From contig NC_043008.1 in the NCBI RefSeq assembly GCF_006345805.1, positions 17,794,001-17,858,000 on the forward strand: a stretch of 64,000 nucleotides of DNA. The letters are read 5' to 3'. Made by a program: the position numbers and the translations under genes. Shown here piece by piece: positions 38,461 through 51,948 of the stretch (positions are counted from its first letter, which is position 1; the number at the start of each line of letters is the position of its first letter). Source of the DNA: Octopus sinensis. Its lineage: Eukaryota. The notes below the pieces were generated by a model. That model was not told where the DNA came from and searched no databases. It worked only from the letters and a program-made list of their open reading frames with translations.

Positions 38461-40095
38461 TATTTTTTATGTTTCGTTGATTTCTATTGTTAAACGTTTC
38501 ATGGTGTCTTACCTCCCCCATACACTTTTGCCAGATTTATTAAGATAATGATATTCTTCTTAATTGATAATTGTGCAATTGTTAATTTTAGTTATTAGTT
38601 TCACCACACCAGTTGGGCTTGTAACTGATTATATCTTATCTGGGGATATTTCACGTAAAGTCAAAGTGGAAGAAGACTATCTATTAGCAAATACAGTTCT
38701 GTGGGAGATAACCCTTTTACACAGACACAGATTTCCTAGAATATTATTGACTGTGTATTTCAATAAAAAAGATAGCAATGTGCGACTTAAGGAAAATATG
38801 GCAGTTATTCATCGCACGTCGTTTCTTAGCATATTAATACTCCTTAATCCCTATATATGCATAATGCTTTATGATGTGTCACGATTACGTTGAAGTCAAT
38901 GGGTATGATTCTCAGACATACCCCAAATCTCAACAACATTTACCAGAATCCTTTGACGCTACTTCAATATTAATTAACACAAAAAGCTTTACTGAATTAA
39001 GTACGAATTAGTAATAAGAATTTAACGTAAGGTAAACCGATTTATGTAAGAGGTGTCTGAAAGCAGCGGAACAATCTACTTTTAATTAAGCTGCTAATGC
39101 TTCTTAAGTTGTTAAACATTGCTACTCCTGTTTTCATTACTACTTGAAAATGTATTATTTTATACGTTCAGCGTAAATAAAAACATCATTCAGGATCCAC
39201 TCTCTCGTGATTGACTTATAAGATGTATAAGGATTATACGATGTAGAGATCGTGTTGCGATTTCATTTCTGTCACAAAATTGTTTATTTACATAACAGTT
39301 TCCATCACACATTGAAACATGCAATTAAATATCTTTAATGGTCATGGCATGATAGCAATGCAGGATTTCGAACCAGGTTAATAATATATAATAATTTCTT
39401 GGACTATTAAGGTAGCCAGAACAGAGACAGATTTGCAGATACTTAAATGTTATAATAGCAATAACGCCATCTAAACTAGAGTTGACGTAAATTATGTTAA
39501 CAATTGTAAGGGATACCAAAAGGGTTTGCCGCTGTTGTGTGTCAACAAGAACATGGATTCTTGCAGGCTCCAAGTTTTTTGGTCAAATACAAAATGAAGA
39601 AACTTACAATTATACATTAGTTGTTAAATGTGCACCTCAGGTATGAATTTCGGCAGGTTATTCATGTGGTACATTCCTCTTTGGAATCTAAAGAATGACA
39701 AATATCACAGCCAGATATCGAACCTGTCTTGATAGGTTAGGTAACTGGCGTCTTGCTACCACTTACATACTCGTCTTATTTTATGAAAATGCTATAATTT
39801 AATTGAGATGCGTCTTTTTTTGTTTGTATTACGGATTTGCTTTCTGTTTCGCTTACATTCATAATAATTGCAAAAAAAAAAAAAAGACAACTTTAAGATC
39901 TGTGAAAAGCTGCTTCAAACGAAGCTAGGTTTTTATAAAACGCAAAATGGGGAAAACAGATTTTCTTATTTGTTTTGTGATTGTTTTTATACATATTTTT
40001 TTGAACATTTCCAAGCATTTAAAAATAATTCACAAAGTAGTAAATTGATTTTGAAGAATTGAACGTTTGAGACAAAAGTAACAAAGACAAAGAAA

Positions 40096-40271
<176 letters not shown>

Positions 40272-40581
40272 AATCAGAAATAAACACAAATAGTAACGAA
40301 ACGAAAGAGATCAAGAACTGAAATAATTTTATAATCAGTAAAAATATATTTTAATGGAAATTGTCAGATATGTCAGGTATGCATAAAGTATTTTTCCTTG
40401 ATCAGCGAGCAGTACACCTGAAACGTACTGACTAGAAAATGCATTATGGTAGCAGAAAATTCTTACTTTCAACAATTACGATTTATATATTGCAATGGAA
40501 ACGAATAATTAGTAACAGAGGAATGAATATCTTCTATATTTGATATTAATACATACGTACTTTGTCAATTCTATAACCATA

Positions 40582-40747
40582 AGGCGCAGGAGTGGCTGTG
40601 TGGTAAGTAGCTTGCTAACCAACCACATGGTTCCGGGTTCAGTCCCACTTCGTGGCATCTTGGGCAAGTGTCTTCTGCTATAGCCCCGGGCCGACCAATG
40701 CCTTGTGAGTGGATTTGGTAGACGGAAACTGAAAGAAGCCTGTCGTA

Positions 40748-40813
<66 letters not shown>

Positions 40814-41035
40814 CATATATATATATGTGTGTGTGTGTATGTGTTTGTGTGTCTGTGTTTGTCCCCCTAGCATTGCTTGACAACCGATGCTGGTGTGTTT
40901 ACATCCCCGTCACTTAGCGGTTCGGCAAAAAGAGACCGATAGAATAAATACTGGGCTTACAAAGAATAAGTCCCGGGGTCGATTTGGTCGCAGTCAAATG
41001 ACTGAAACAAGTAAAAGTAAAAGTAAGTAAAGTAA
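40582..41035 (+). mobile_element. SINE family B, near full length with a small 3' deletion
   Basis: aggcgcaggagtggctgtgtggtaag head, ggttccgggttcagtcc B-box, internal microsatellite, gactgaaacaagtaaaag tail. Confidence 0.92.
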
Positions 41036-41584
41036 ATAAATTAGATAACTAACGCAGGGTTTTATTTCCAAAGACCGATTCAAGGAAGAACATTCTAAAA
41101 ACTTCAAAGCAGTGCATGTTATGTTTTATTTTAGGAGTAATGCAAATGCGATACTCTGAGAGAAATGAGTTTCCAACGGAGTTAGATTTACGATATTAAT
41201 ATAACACTACCGAGAATCAAAATGGCTATCTGTTTTCTACAAGACTTTCTGCTAAATAATATTTATATGAACAAATAGATAAGTTTAATTTTGGAAAGGC
41301 TAATTGGAAGATATATCCAAAGGGTATTAATCGTACAATAGCGCGGCATATACTCTTCTCTACACATCTCCTTCTCTGCGGCGTTTCCTGGAATGTAATT
41401 CTAATAATGTTGCTCATATAGATATGGTTTCAAAGATAAGAGTAATTTCATATCATATATATATATATATATATATATATCTGTGTGTGTTTGTGTCTCT
41501 GTGTGTGTTTGAGTGTGTGTGTGTGTGTGTGTGCATGCGTGTGTGTGTATGTGTGTGTGTGTATCTATATTTATATGTATATAT

Positions 41585-41883
41585 GTGGAGGTGTAATGAC
41601 CCGGTAGTTATGGCAGCTGACTCGCGGTTTCGATTCCCAGACCGGGCGTTGTGAGAGTTTATTGAGCGAAAAAACCTAAAGCTCCACGAGGCTCTGGCAG
41701 GGGGTGGTGGCGATCCCTGCTGTACTCTTTCGCCGCAACTTTCTCTCACTCTTTCTTCTGTTGGCCTGCTCACTTGGTCAGCTGGGTGGCGTTATTTGAA
41801 GGCTAAAACAATGCTAATCGCATTGTGACCAGCGATGTGTAGCAGCATCTGATAGCCTGGTCGACCACGGTGATCACGGTGAT
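41585..41883 (+). mobile_element. tRNA-type SINE family C
   Basis: gtggaggtgtaatgacccggtag head, ggtttcgattccc B-box, tail cacggtgatcacggtgat. Confidence 0.8.
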
Positions 41884-41918
41884 ATGTATATGTATATATA
41901 TATAAAACACACACGCAC

Positions 41919-41952
<34 letters not shown>

Positions 41953-42356
41953 TTAAGGTGTATTCCGTTAGGAACGTATCAGAGTACAAAGTAGAGCTCG
42001 TTCGCCCTTACCAAATAGCTGGTAGTATTACGGTATAATTTCTAACCTGGGTTTAGGCATTCATCGTAGGTGAAAAGAAAACTGAATAGAGGCAAGAATG
42101 AGGACGTTTAGACAGCTGTTTGATAAACACTACACAACATATATCCACATATACACAGGATTCAAATTAAGCAACAGTTTACCTGTATAATGGGATCCAG
42201 TTGTATCACCAATCTTTGTCCCCGTTTCCCCGTTACGAAATCTTTGACATTAATACTAACACATCCAATTGGATCTTTTTTCTTGGGTGTGTTAGCATCA
42301 AAGTCAAACATTTAATAAAGAGGACAGCGATTATACCTATATCTATCTATCTATCC

Positions 42357-42426
<70 letters not shown>

Positions 42427-42468
42427 ATCTCTCTCTCTCTCGCTCTCCCTCTCTCTCTCTATATATAT

Positions 42469-42669
42469 AAAATGTGACCTCATGTGTACCGTTGGCGATT
42501 TTTTCCCTCCGTCTTCCCTTCTCTGGATCTTTCCTTCTCCTTTGTTTCCGACGAAGAGCTCCGCTCGAAACGTTAAACCCTCATTCTTTCCTTCTTTCCT
42601 GAGCTTCCAATAATACTATATTTGTTCCACGTCCTCGCGTTGTTGTGTTTTTTTGTGTTTTTCTGTTTG

Positions 42670-42670
<1 letters not shown>
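42469..42670 (+). mobile_element. Short element, probably Penelope-derived (family P1), with hammerhead-like motif at 42544-42578
   Basis: Starts aaaatgtgacc like the copies at 57813 and 61823; motif gttt CCGACGA A GAGC tcc GCTC GAAA CGTT aaac (U4 replaced by C). Confidence 0.75.
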
Positions 42671-42733
<63 letters not shown>

Positions 42734-42753
42734 ATCGGCTTTGTGTTCTTGAG

Positions 42754-42986
42754 TAAAACATTTCATTTTCGATCACTTCGATAGCTGGCGTGTGCTCTAT
42801 CACGCACCTGTTCAGGTAACGATGATTTGAAGGAGGGGTGAATTAATATATAGCATAAACTTTTGATTATTATAAACCAATCATTTTTGCAGATTGTTCA
42901 ACTAGAAATGGTAGCACTGTCTTTCTCAGACTACTCAAGAATACCATACATACATACATACATACATACATACATACATACATACA

Positions 42987-43020
<34 letters not shown>

Positions 43021-44909
43021 CATATATACATACATACATGCATACATACATACATACATATATACATACATACATACATACATACGTACATACATACATA
43101 CATACATGCATACATACATATATACATACATATTGGGGCTTTGTGATATGTAATACACTGTCAAAATACCAATCTTGAGAAATTAGGCCTCTCAAACCCA
43201 GAAAGGGGAAAGCTATTTCGAAGATTGCAGATCCAATCCCACACTGGACCAGTAAAATTCAGTAAAACTTCCCTAGATATGCAACTATACGCATGAGAAT
43301 ACATACATAAAGCAAAACATACAAATCTGCACGTATACATACATACAAACAAAATTACCTTATTATTGATGTTGAAATTCCAATGACGGAATCTCGGATC
43401 TAGGTTAGAAACTGATTCTTTCTCTATTGACAAGAAATCTTTAAATAAGACTAAACAATGACATACATACATACATACATACATATGTATGTGTGTGTGT
43501 GTATGTACATAGAATTGGAGATGTATATGAAAATGCGATAAACGTGCGGCGCGCACCCCTTTCCCCCACATATATAATTTCTTTATCGAAATCTGAATTT
43601 TGGTAATGACAATTTAATTAATATATGTGCAGTATCTAAGTAGGAAGTGGTCAAACGTTAAACATAGTACAAGTAATCTACTTAAATCCTGTCTCTGCTA
43701 GTACCTAACATGTATCAAACTCGTTTATCAAAATTAATATTAGAGGATCAAGGCGATATATTTTGCCTTTCACTGAAGACACAATCAAACTTTTCACCTG
43801 TTGAATAAATGAGTAATGTTTTGTGATGTACCTACATTTATCAAGAATGTAAATCAAGAAATGTCAGTTGTTTAAAAACAAGTGATATTTATAATTAATA
43901 TAGTTCGCACAAATGAGCAAATCTTAAGGAATCTCAGCTTTGTTATCGTAGTCACGAATATTTGCAAATATTCCGCCATTTTCCATAAACCGCTTTTAAC
44001 TTTCCTTATAGCTTCAACAATGTAAAGCTGAGCGATAAAAGTTTTGTCTGTAGTACTTGATACACCCTGTATATAGAGTTCGTATTCTCGTATTATATTG
44101 ATATTTGTCCAATTTAGAAGATTAACAAGATGGATTTACTTACGCTTTCTTTACCGGAAACTAATCCCGAATGAAGTCGTAGATACGTGTCAAAAAAATA
44201 ATCTCCTCATTTCAGCCGCATATATTTCTCATTGTTTTTGTTATCTTATTTTACATGGCAAGTTATAGTTTCGTGTGTATTGTATGATAATGTCCCCAAA
44301 ATGGTAATTCCTCTCTTAAAATCTAGTGCAATATATAATGATATCACATTCTTTATCAACGTTTAATATTATAAGCTATATCTTGTTCGAAAGATTTTCT
44401 TCAAGAAACATCATAAGTACATTCTATTACAATTTCTGACAGTGAGGATCCGTAGCGAAACTTAAAGACATATAGAAACGATGCTGTTACAAAATAGTAA
44501 ACGAATCACTTGCAAGACCTAACCGATAACAGACACGATTGTAAAACATTAAAGAAGGTTAATACAAGGGAACAACATATTTTTCATTTCTTTGTCGGTG
44601 AGCAAAACGTTTGTGAACAATCTTTAATATACAACGAGTGATAATGATTGAAAGGAAATTTATTTATCATGTCACAAATTAAAACATTTTCATTTTCGAT
44701 CACTTCGATAGCTGGCGTGTGCTCTATCACGCACCTGTTCAGGTAACGATGATTTGAAGGAGGGGTGAATTAATATATAGCATAAACTTTTGATTATTAT
44801 AAACCAATCATTTTTGCAGATTGTTCAACTAGAAATGGTAGCACTGTCTTTCTCAGACTACTCAAGAATACCATACATACATACATACATACATACATAC
44901 ATACATACA

Positions 44910-44943
<34 letters not shown>

Positions 44944-46612
44944 CATATATACATACATACATGCATACATACATACATACATATATACATACATACATAC
45001 ATACATACGTACATACATACATCATACATGCATACATACATACATATATACATACATTTGGGGCTTTGTGATATGTAATACACTGTCAAAATACCAATCT
45101 TGAGAAATTAGGCCTCTCAAACCCAGAAAGGGGAAAGCTATTTCGAGATTGCAGATCCAATCCCACACTGGACCAGTAAAATTCAGTAAAACTTCCCTAG
45201 ATATGCAACTATACGCATGAGAATACATACATAAAGCAAAACATACAAATCTGCACGTATACATACATACAAACAAAATTACCTTATTATTGATGTTGAA
45301 ATTCCAATGACGGAATCTCGGATCTAGGTTAGAAACTGATTCTTTCTCTATTGACAAGAAATCTTTAAATAAGACTAAACAATGACATACATACATACAT
45401 ACATACATATGTGTGTGTGTATGTACAGAGAATTGGAGATGTATATGAAAATGCGATAAACGTGCGGCGCGCACCCCTTTCCCCCACATATATAATTTCT
45501 TTATCGAAATCTGAATTTTGGTAATGACAATTTAATTAATATATGTGCAGTATCTAAGTAGGAAGTGGTCAAACGTTAAACATAGTACAAGTAATCTACT
45601 TAAATCCTGTCTCTGCTAGTACCTAACATGTATCAAACTCGTTTATCAAAATTAATATTAGAGGATCAAGGCGATATATTTTGCCTTTCACTGAAGACAC
45701 AATCAAACTTTTCACCTGTTGAATAAATGAGTAATGTTTTGTGATGTACCTACATTTATCAAGAATGTAAATCAAGAAATGTCAGTTGTTTAAAAACAAG
45801 TGATATTTATAATTAATATAGTTCGCACAAATGAGCAAATCTTAAGGAAATCTCAGCTTTGTTATCGTAGTCACGAATATTTGCAAATATTCCGCCATTT
45901 TCCATAAACCGCTTTTAACTTTCCTTATAGCTTCAACAATGTAAAGCTGAGCGATAAAAGTTTTGTCTGTAGTACTTGATACACCCTGTATATAGAGTTC
46001 GTATTCTCGTATTATATTGATATTTGTCCAATTTAGAAGATTAACAAGATGGATTTACTTACGCTTTCTTTACCGGAAACTAATCCCGAATGAAGTCGTA
46101 GATACGTGTCAAAAAAATAATCTCCTCATTTCAGCCGCATATATTTCTCATTGTTTTTGTTATCTTATTTTACATGGCAAGTTATAGTTTCGTGTGTATT
46201 GTATGATAATGTCCCCAAAATGGTAATTCCTCTCTTAAAATCTAGTGCAATATATAATGATATCACATTCTTTATCACGTTTAATATTATAAGCTATATC
46301 TTGTTCGAAAGATTTTCTTCAAGAAACATCATAAGTACATTCTATTACAATTTCTGACAGTGAGGATCCGTAGCGAAACTTAAGACATATAGAAACGATG
46401 CTGTTACAAAATAGTAAACGAATCACTTGCAAGACCTAACCGATAACAGACACGATTGTAAAACATTAAAGAAGGTTAATACAAGGGAACAACATATTTT
46501 TCATTTCTTTGTCGGTGAGCAAAACGTTTGTGAACAATCTTTAATATACAACGAGTGATAATGATTGAAAGGAAATTTATTTATCATGTCACAAATTAAA
46601 ACATTTTCATTT
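42754..46612 (+). repeat. Direct tandem duplication of a ~1.92-kb segment (42754-44679 and 44680-46596)
   Basis: Near-identical unique sequence in both copies; taaaacattt(t)cattt occurs at 42754, 44680 and 46597, i.e. at both ends and the junction. Confidence 0.93.
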
Positions 46613-46666
46613 AGCGAACTACTAGAAAAACTTACAGGAAGACAAAAATAAAACCAACCATAAATC

Positions 46667-46830
46667 GGCACAGGTGTGACTGTGTGGTAAGGTGTTTGAT
46701 TGCGAGCAAGTCCTGGTACATTCTCATTGCAGGATACCTTGAGCAAATGTCTTCTACTACAGCCCATAGCAAACCGAATCCTTGTGAGTGGATTTGGTAG
46801 ACGGAAATGCAAATTAGCCCGGCGCATATG
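46667..46830 (+). mobile_element. SINE family B 5' half
   Basis: ggcacaggtgtgactgtgtggtaagg head and ccttgtgagtggatttggtagacggaaa, followed by microsatellite. Confidence 0.8.
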
Positions 46831-46846
46831 AATATATATATATACA

Positions 46847-46890
<44 letters not shown>

Positions 46891-46959
46891 TGTATGTGTA
46901 TGCATGTATGCATATATATATGTGTGTGTGTATTTGTATATGTGTATACTATACATACC

Positions 46960-47210
46960 AATTTGATAATAAAATGCAGACGGCTAGCTGGATGGATCCT
47001 CCAAACTTTCAGTACAAGAGAGAAGCAGACAGTAACGTCCCTTTTCGGGCATACGTCCTCGGCCGCTTAGATTACTGCTCCCAACTGTGGTCACCACTCT
47101 GTGTAAAAGTAATGACGGAGCTCGTGGCAGTCCAGCGGGTTTACTACAACGTATCAGCCACTGGGAAAGACTGACGGACTTAAGACTTTTCTTCCTGGAG
47201 CGATGGAGTG
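46960..47210 (+). mobile_element. CR1-like LINE ORF2 fragment
   Basis: CRRLAGWILQTFSTRE and YVLGRLDYCSQLWSP...ELVAVQR are CR1-group RT C-terminal motifs. Confidence 0.8.
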
Positions 47211-47721
47211 AATGTGTGTGTGTGTGTGTGTTTGTGTGTCTGTGTTTGTTTCTATAACATCAGAAAGTTGAACTATGAACTTCCATGCGTCTTATTCTTC
47301 TTTCTTTCCATCTTATTCTTTTACACCTTTCTTCTATGTCGTCATCTCATTAATATACACTATTCCCATTTTCCCCATTATTTCCCTATTTGTCTCTGAT
47401 GACGATATATCCCATACCCAGAAACAGCTGTAAGACTTTGAATGTTTTTCCAATAATAGTAATATTGTATACTACTTGATATGTTTGCCTTGCCTTAATG
47501 TTTATTGTCCTTTTTAACAATTGTAAATCTGCTGCATCGGAAATCTGCAATGGCTCCATAAATACCGTCTCCGCTATAACCCTGCAGCCCTAGTAATCCG
47601 TTACAGCACTTAACTAGCTAACCTAATCGTTTAGATCATCTGTAAACTAAATCCCCCATACTTTGTATATGCGTGTGTATGTGTAGATATATATATATAT
47701 ATATGTATGTATTTGGTATAT

Positions 47722-47881
47722 ATCTCCTTTTTTCTCTCCTTGTTTTTTCTGTGACCCTTTCTGTAGAAGAGCGTAGGCTCGAAACGTAAAATACTTTTTC
47801 TATTCCTAGAGGTTATACCAATACATCTGTTTGCTTTGTACACCACCTGTCTTCGTCTTTTGTTTTTTTCGTAAACTCTCC
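47722..47881 (+). mobile_element. Short element, probably Penelope-derived (family P2), with hammerhead-like motif at 47757-47792
   Basis: cttt CTGTAGA A GAGC gtag GCTC GAAA CGTA aaa; body matches 36006-36202 in reverse; (TA)n flanks. Confidence 0.7.
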
Positions 47882-49214
47882 TATATATATATATATAAAT
47901 ATATATGCGAGTAAACATATAAGTATGTATGCATGCGTGTCTGTGTGTATGTGTATATGAATGGATTTATGGATGTGTGTATGCATTAGAGTGTGTTTTC
48001 ACAACAACTACAGAATCGAAAGAGAACGACAATTTTGGAAGCATTGCGTTCAGATTTCCAGTTCAATGGAGTAAATACTTCTCTGGACATCATTAAATTA
48101 CAGACCTGTTGACCAGATCACATAAATTTTATTAGGAAAATATAGTATGATAATAATGACACTGGGATTGCTTAAATGCATCACCTTTTCTATTTTCTAT
48201 GAAGCACATCTTTTTTCTGTATAAAGCACAATTTTATTTCAATGTTTAAGTTGGATTTGAAGTTCATTATATGTCTTGTAAACAGGAGGAATTTGTAGAC
48301 GAGAGGTGAATAGAATACATCGATTTCCTTTCTTTATTTAAGTTTATTATCTAATCTCTAATAACGCCATACAAATAACTAAACAAGAGCGCATCTCATG
48401 TGGATAGGAGTTTCTGTCAAACTGTCGTGGTTCATTCATTATTTTGAAGGCTAGTTATTTTATAGAGACGAACATTACTCAAATACACAATACTACAAAG
48501 ATCAATGCAATTAAAAGCTTCCTCTCAATAAAAAGCACAAAAATAGTCACACACACTTAATCGAATTTTCGTTATCGAAAGAAAATCCTAAATAACTTGA
48601 TAAACAATCAATAAAATTGTATATATCATTTTTTATTTCGGAAAAACTATTAAAGTAAGCCATAATGTTTTATAATTTTAGCATCCATGGGCCTATAAAG
48701 ATTTATCGTACGTTTAATATTTCTTTCTTTTCTTCAGCTTTTATTTTCTCCCATCAATGTTTAGTGTTACATTGATTTATTTATATATTTTCTCTCTTTA
48801 AATTATTACCGATAAAACTATTTGGCATTTTATTGAACGGGAGAGAATACTGACGAGATAAAAGCAATACAAATAGCACCGTAAGCTAAACAATACAAAA
48901 GAAAGTAAAAAAAAAAAACAGCAACATTCTCCTCTTGTCTACCATTTGTTCTATGATGGAAGCCAATAGAGGTTTTATCCAGAGGGCGTATTTAATATTT
49001 ACTTCTTTTATTCCGTTGCAAGAATGTCGTTTTCGGATTTATTAGGCCCTCTTTAATCCGTTAAGTGATAACTTAATGTAAATAATTTGACAGCTATATC
49101 TTTACATGCTACAGCTCGTGGCAACTAAGAATTACAAAATGTTCTTTTTCTTTAAAAAATTTATTATGTAAATTATTTTAGCCACTTTCCCATCTTTTCG
49201 TTTTTGTTGCTGCC

Positions 49215-49316
49215 ATTATTATTATTGTTACTGCTATTATTCTTCTTCTTCTTCTTCTTCTTCTTCTTCTTCTTCTTCTTCTTCTTCTTCTTCTTCTTCT
49301 TTCTTCTTCTTCTTCC

Positions 49317-49377
<61 letters not shown>

Positions 49378-49391
49378 ATTATTATTATCAC

Positions 49392-49457
<66 letters not shown>

Positions 49458-49466
49458 CACCATTAA

Positions 49467-49527
<61 letters not shown>

Positions 49528-49530
49528 GTT
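49215..49530. repeat. Compound (ATT)n/(TTC)n/(ATT)n microsatellite
   Basis: Direct inspection. Confidence 0.95.
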
Positions 49531-50261
49531 ATGCCAATAATTTAAATCTTTTGATCATAGCGATTAGCAAGGATGGTTTCGTTGAAAATCATTCCTTGAG
49601 TTGCATTTGACCACAAACGCATTACGTTAGAGTTTTGAAAGACTTCCCAAGTATTTCTGCTACTGTTGCTGCTGCTGCTTCTACCGCTACTAAGTTGCTA
49701 CTAATGTTCATATTACGCATTTTTATTTTTGAAAGACGAAAAGCGGAAGAGATAGTAGAAAAGTAACTGAAGAAGAATTTCTAAGAGACAAAATGCTTCG
49801 TATTTGAGGTAGAGTGCTATATCTTACTGAACAGATCCCATTCTGTGAAGGTTTGATACTTTACCGATTCCTGACCAATGAAAGCAAAATTTTGCATGAC
49901 TCATATAAAATAATGCTCATATAGTATACAACTAAGCAATATTAGATAAATCATTATTTTCTTTTTCACTCTGATCAGCCCATTTTTAGAGTAAACCTCT
50001 GCGGTAATATTCCGCAGAAAAAATGTAGAATTTTGCACACTTTACTAGATGATATATTTCATTTGACTCGTGGTTTCTATATATGCAAGGGTAAATTTGA
50101 TGATCACCGTGTATCATCAGTTTTCAACTATAGGCAAATCTAGTAATTTCTATCTGTAACAATTCAATCTACGCATTTTCTCTTTTCACAGCATTTCAGT
50201 ATTGATTGTCGAGTCTGATCTCAAACCCCGTCTTTGTTAATATTTCAAAGACCCTAACGTA

Positions 50262-50497
50262 GGGACATGGTAGAAATGTTACCGCACCGGGCAAATACTT
50301 GCCTGCATTTTGTCCGTCTATTTGGTCTAAGTTCAAATTCCTCCGAGGTCGACCTTGCATTTCGTCTCCTCGGAGGTCGATAAAATAGGTACCATTTGGA
50401 CACTGGATGGGTTGTTGTTGGTGGTGGTGATGGTGGGGTGATGTAATTGAGTTACCCTTTCGCTCGAAGTTTCCGGTCTTACGTCAAACTTTGAAGC
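50262..50497 (+). mobile_element. Old SINE family A copy with (GGT)n insertion
   Basis: tggtagaaatgttaccgcaccgggc head, aagttcaaattcctccgaggtcgacc B-box region, ggtcgataaaataggtacc. Confidence 0.75.
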
Positions 50498-51516
50498 ATG
50501 AATGTAGTAAGAGTTGAATTGAACCTCCGTAAACGTTTTTTAAAAACTGTTGCTGCAGCTGCGACAAAAGTAGTGGCAGCAGTTCCTGCAGAAACATCGA
50601 CAAGAAGACTAACAGCACCATAAACGATAGTAACAACAGGAGCAAAACTTGCCAACCAAGTGAACATCCAACTAAATATCCGTCTCTCTCCTTCTCTCCC
50701 TTTTTTAACTAAAAGCCTACACATAGACTCGCCACATGAGAAACATATCTCCTTCACCAATATCATCGGATCTTTCGAAAGGGGAAATCTCATATTTCGA
50801 GGAGAAGGAGCAACCACGAATATAAAATTAAAAAAGGCAATACTTTTTTTAGAAACTTACACTCTCTCTAAATAAACTACATAATTATAATGTTATGATT
50901 AAAAATTACACTCACACAAAACAGACAAATCCACAAGAATCCCATTGCTGTCATCACCAGGACACTCCTAAACAAAAAAAGCAAATGCTCGCAGTATCAG
51001 CAACGGTGACCAGACACAAATATATCAACATCAATAAACATCACCCAGACATGACTTGGAACTGATAAATATCATGAATAACTAAACAAAAAACACAGAT
51101 TGAAACGGAGCGAGCGATCTTCCGAACCAGCTTCTTTCAACTTACCAAAAATATGAAATAAATAAAGCTGAACTTGTGGACATGTCGTAAATGAGGGACA
51201 AGTCTCAAATATGCGGTAAGCCTCAACTCCAAGGCTCCCAAATAACTTCCGAAAGAACCCAAAAATTTCATGGAGACCAAAAAAGCCCGGTCTCAAGACC
51301 CATCAGATGTGTAAGTAACCCGATTCTTTTTTTTTTTCTACTAACATATCAGCACTGAGATAAATATACGTGGCCTGGGGTCACCTGAATTCAGAATCGC
51401 CGGCTCGGATCACGAGGTTTATATAGAACCAGGATTCCCGGCACACACGTTTTAGCACCTAGCTTTGGCATCTCTTCCTCGGTCTGAAAAGGGGTTTACT
51501 TAACAGTGTTGTTTCC

Positions 51517-51948
51517 GAAAAAAGCTTATATTTACGAAGTTATTTCACGTTAAAATTGTCCTATTTCGGTAATTTTAACCAATCAACGACGTATATTTAG
51601 CTGAATAAAATTACTGCTGTTGTTTGACAACAACAGCTAACGTCGGTGTATTTTTCGTTTCTCACTGTTATTTATGACATCGTTCGTGCGTTTGTACTGG
51701 TTTTAGCTTTAAGGTTTTAGGGTTAGGGTTTTAGGGATAGGGTGTTAAGGTTAGGCTTTTAGGGCTAGAGTTAGAGTTTTAAGGTTAGGGTGTCATAAAT
51801 AACAGTGACAAACGAAATATACACCACCGGAGGTTCATGTTGGCAAACAGCAGTAATTTTATTCTGTTGAATACACGTCATTGATTGGCTGAAATTACCG
51901 AAATAGGACTACTTTAACGTGAAATAACTTCGTAAATATAAATTTTTC
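51517..51948. mobile_element. Foldback DNA element with a degenerate (TTAGGG)n spacer
   Basis: ~155-bp arms (51517-51679 vs 51791-51948) are reverse complements; the spacer contains ttagggttagggttttagggataggg...ttaggg. The right side may extend to ~52068. Confidence 0.85.

Noticed and set aside
43150-43300. Exon in the duplicated segment (EVLLNFTGPVWDWICNL...)
   Set aside because: The frame differs between the two copies because of a 1-bp indel, and splice signals are weak.
47400-47600. Minus-strand open frames (GCRVIAETVF... or LQGYSGDGIY...)
   Set aside because: Poor acceptor sites, and the EGF-like GYSGDG lacks the required cysteines.
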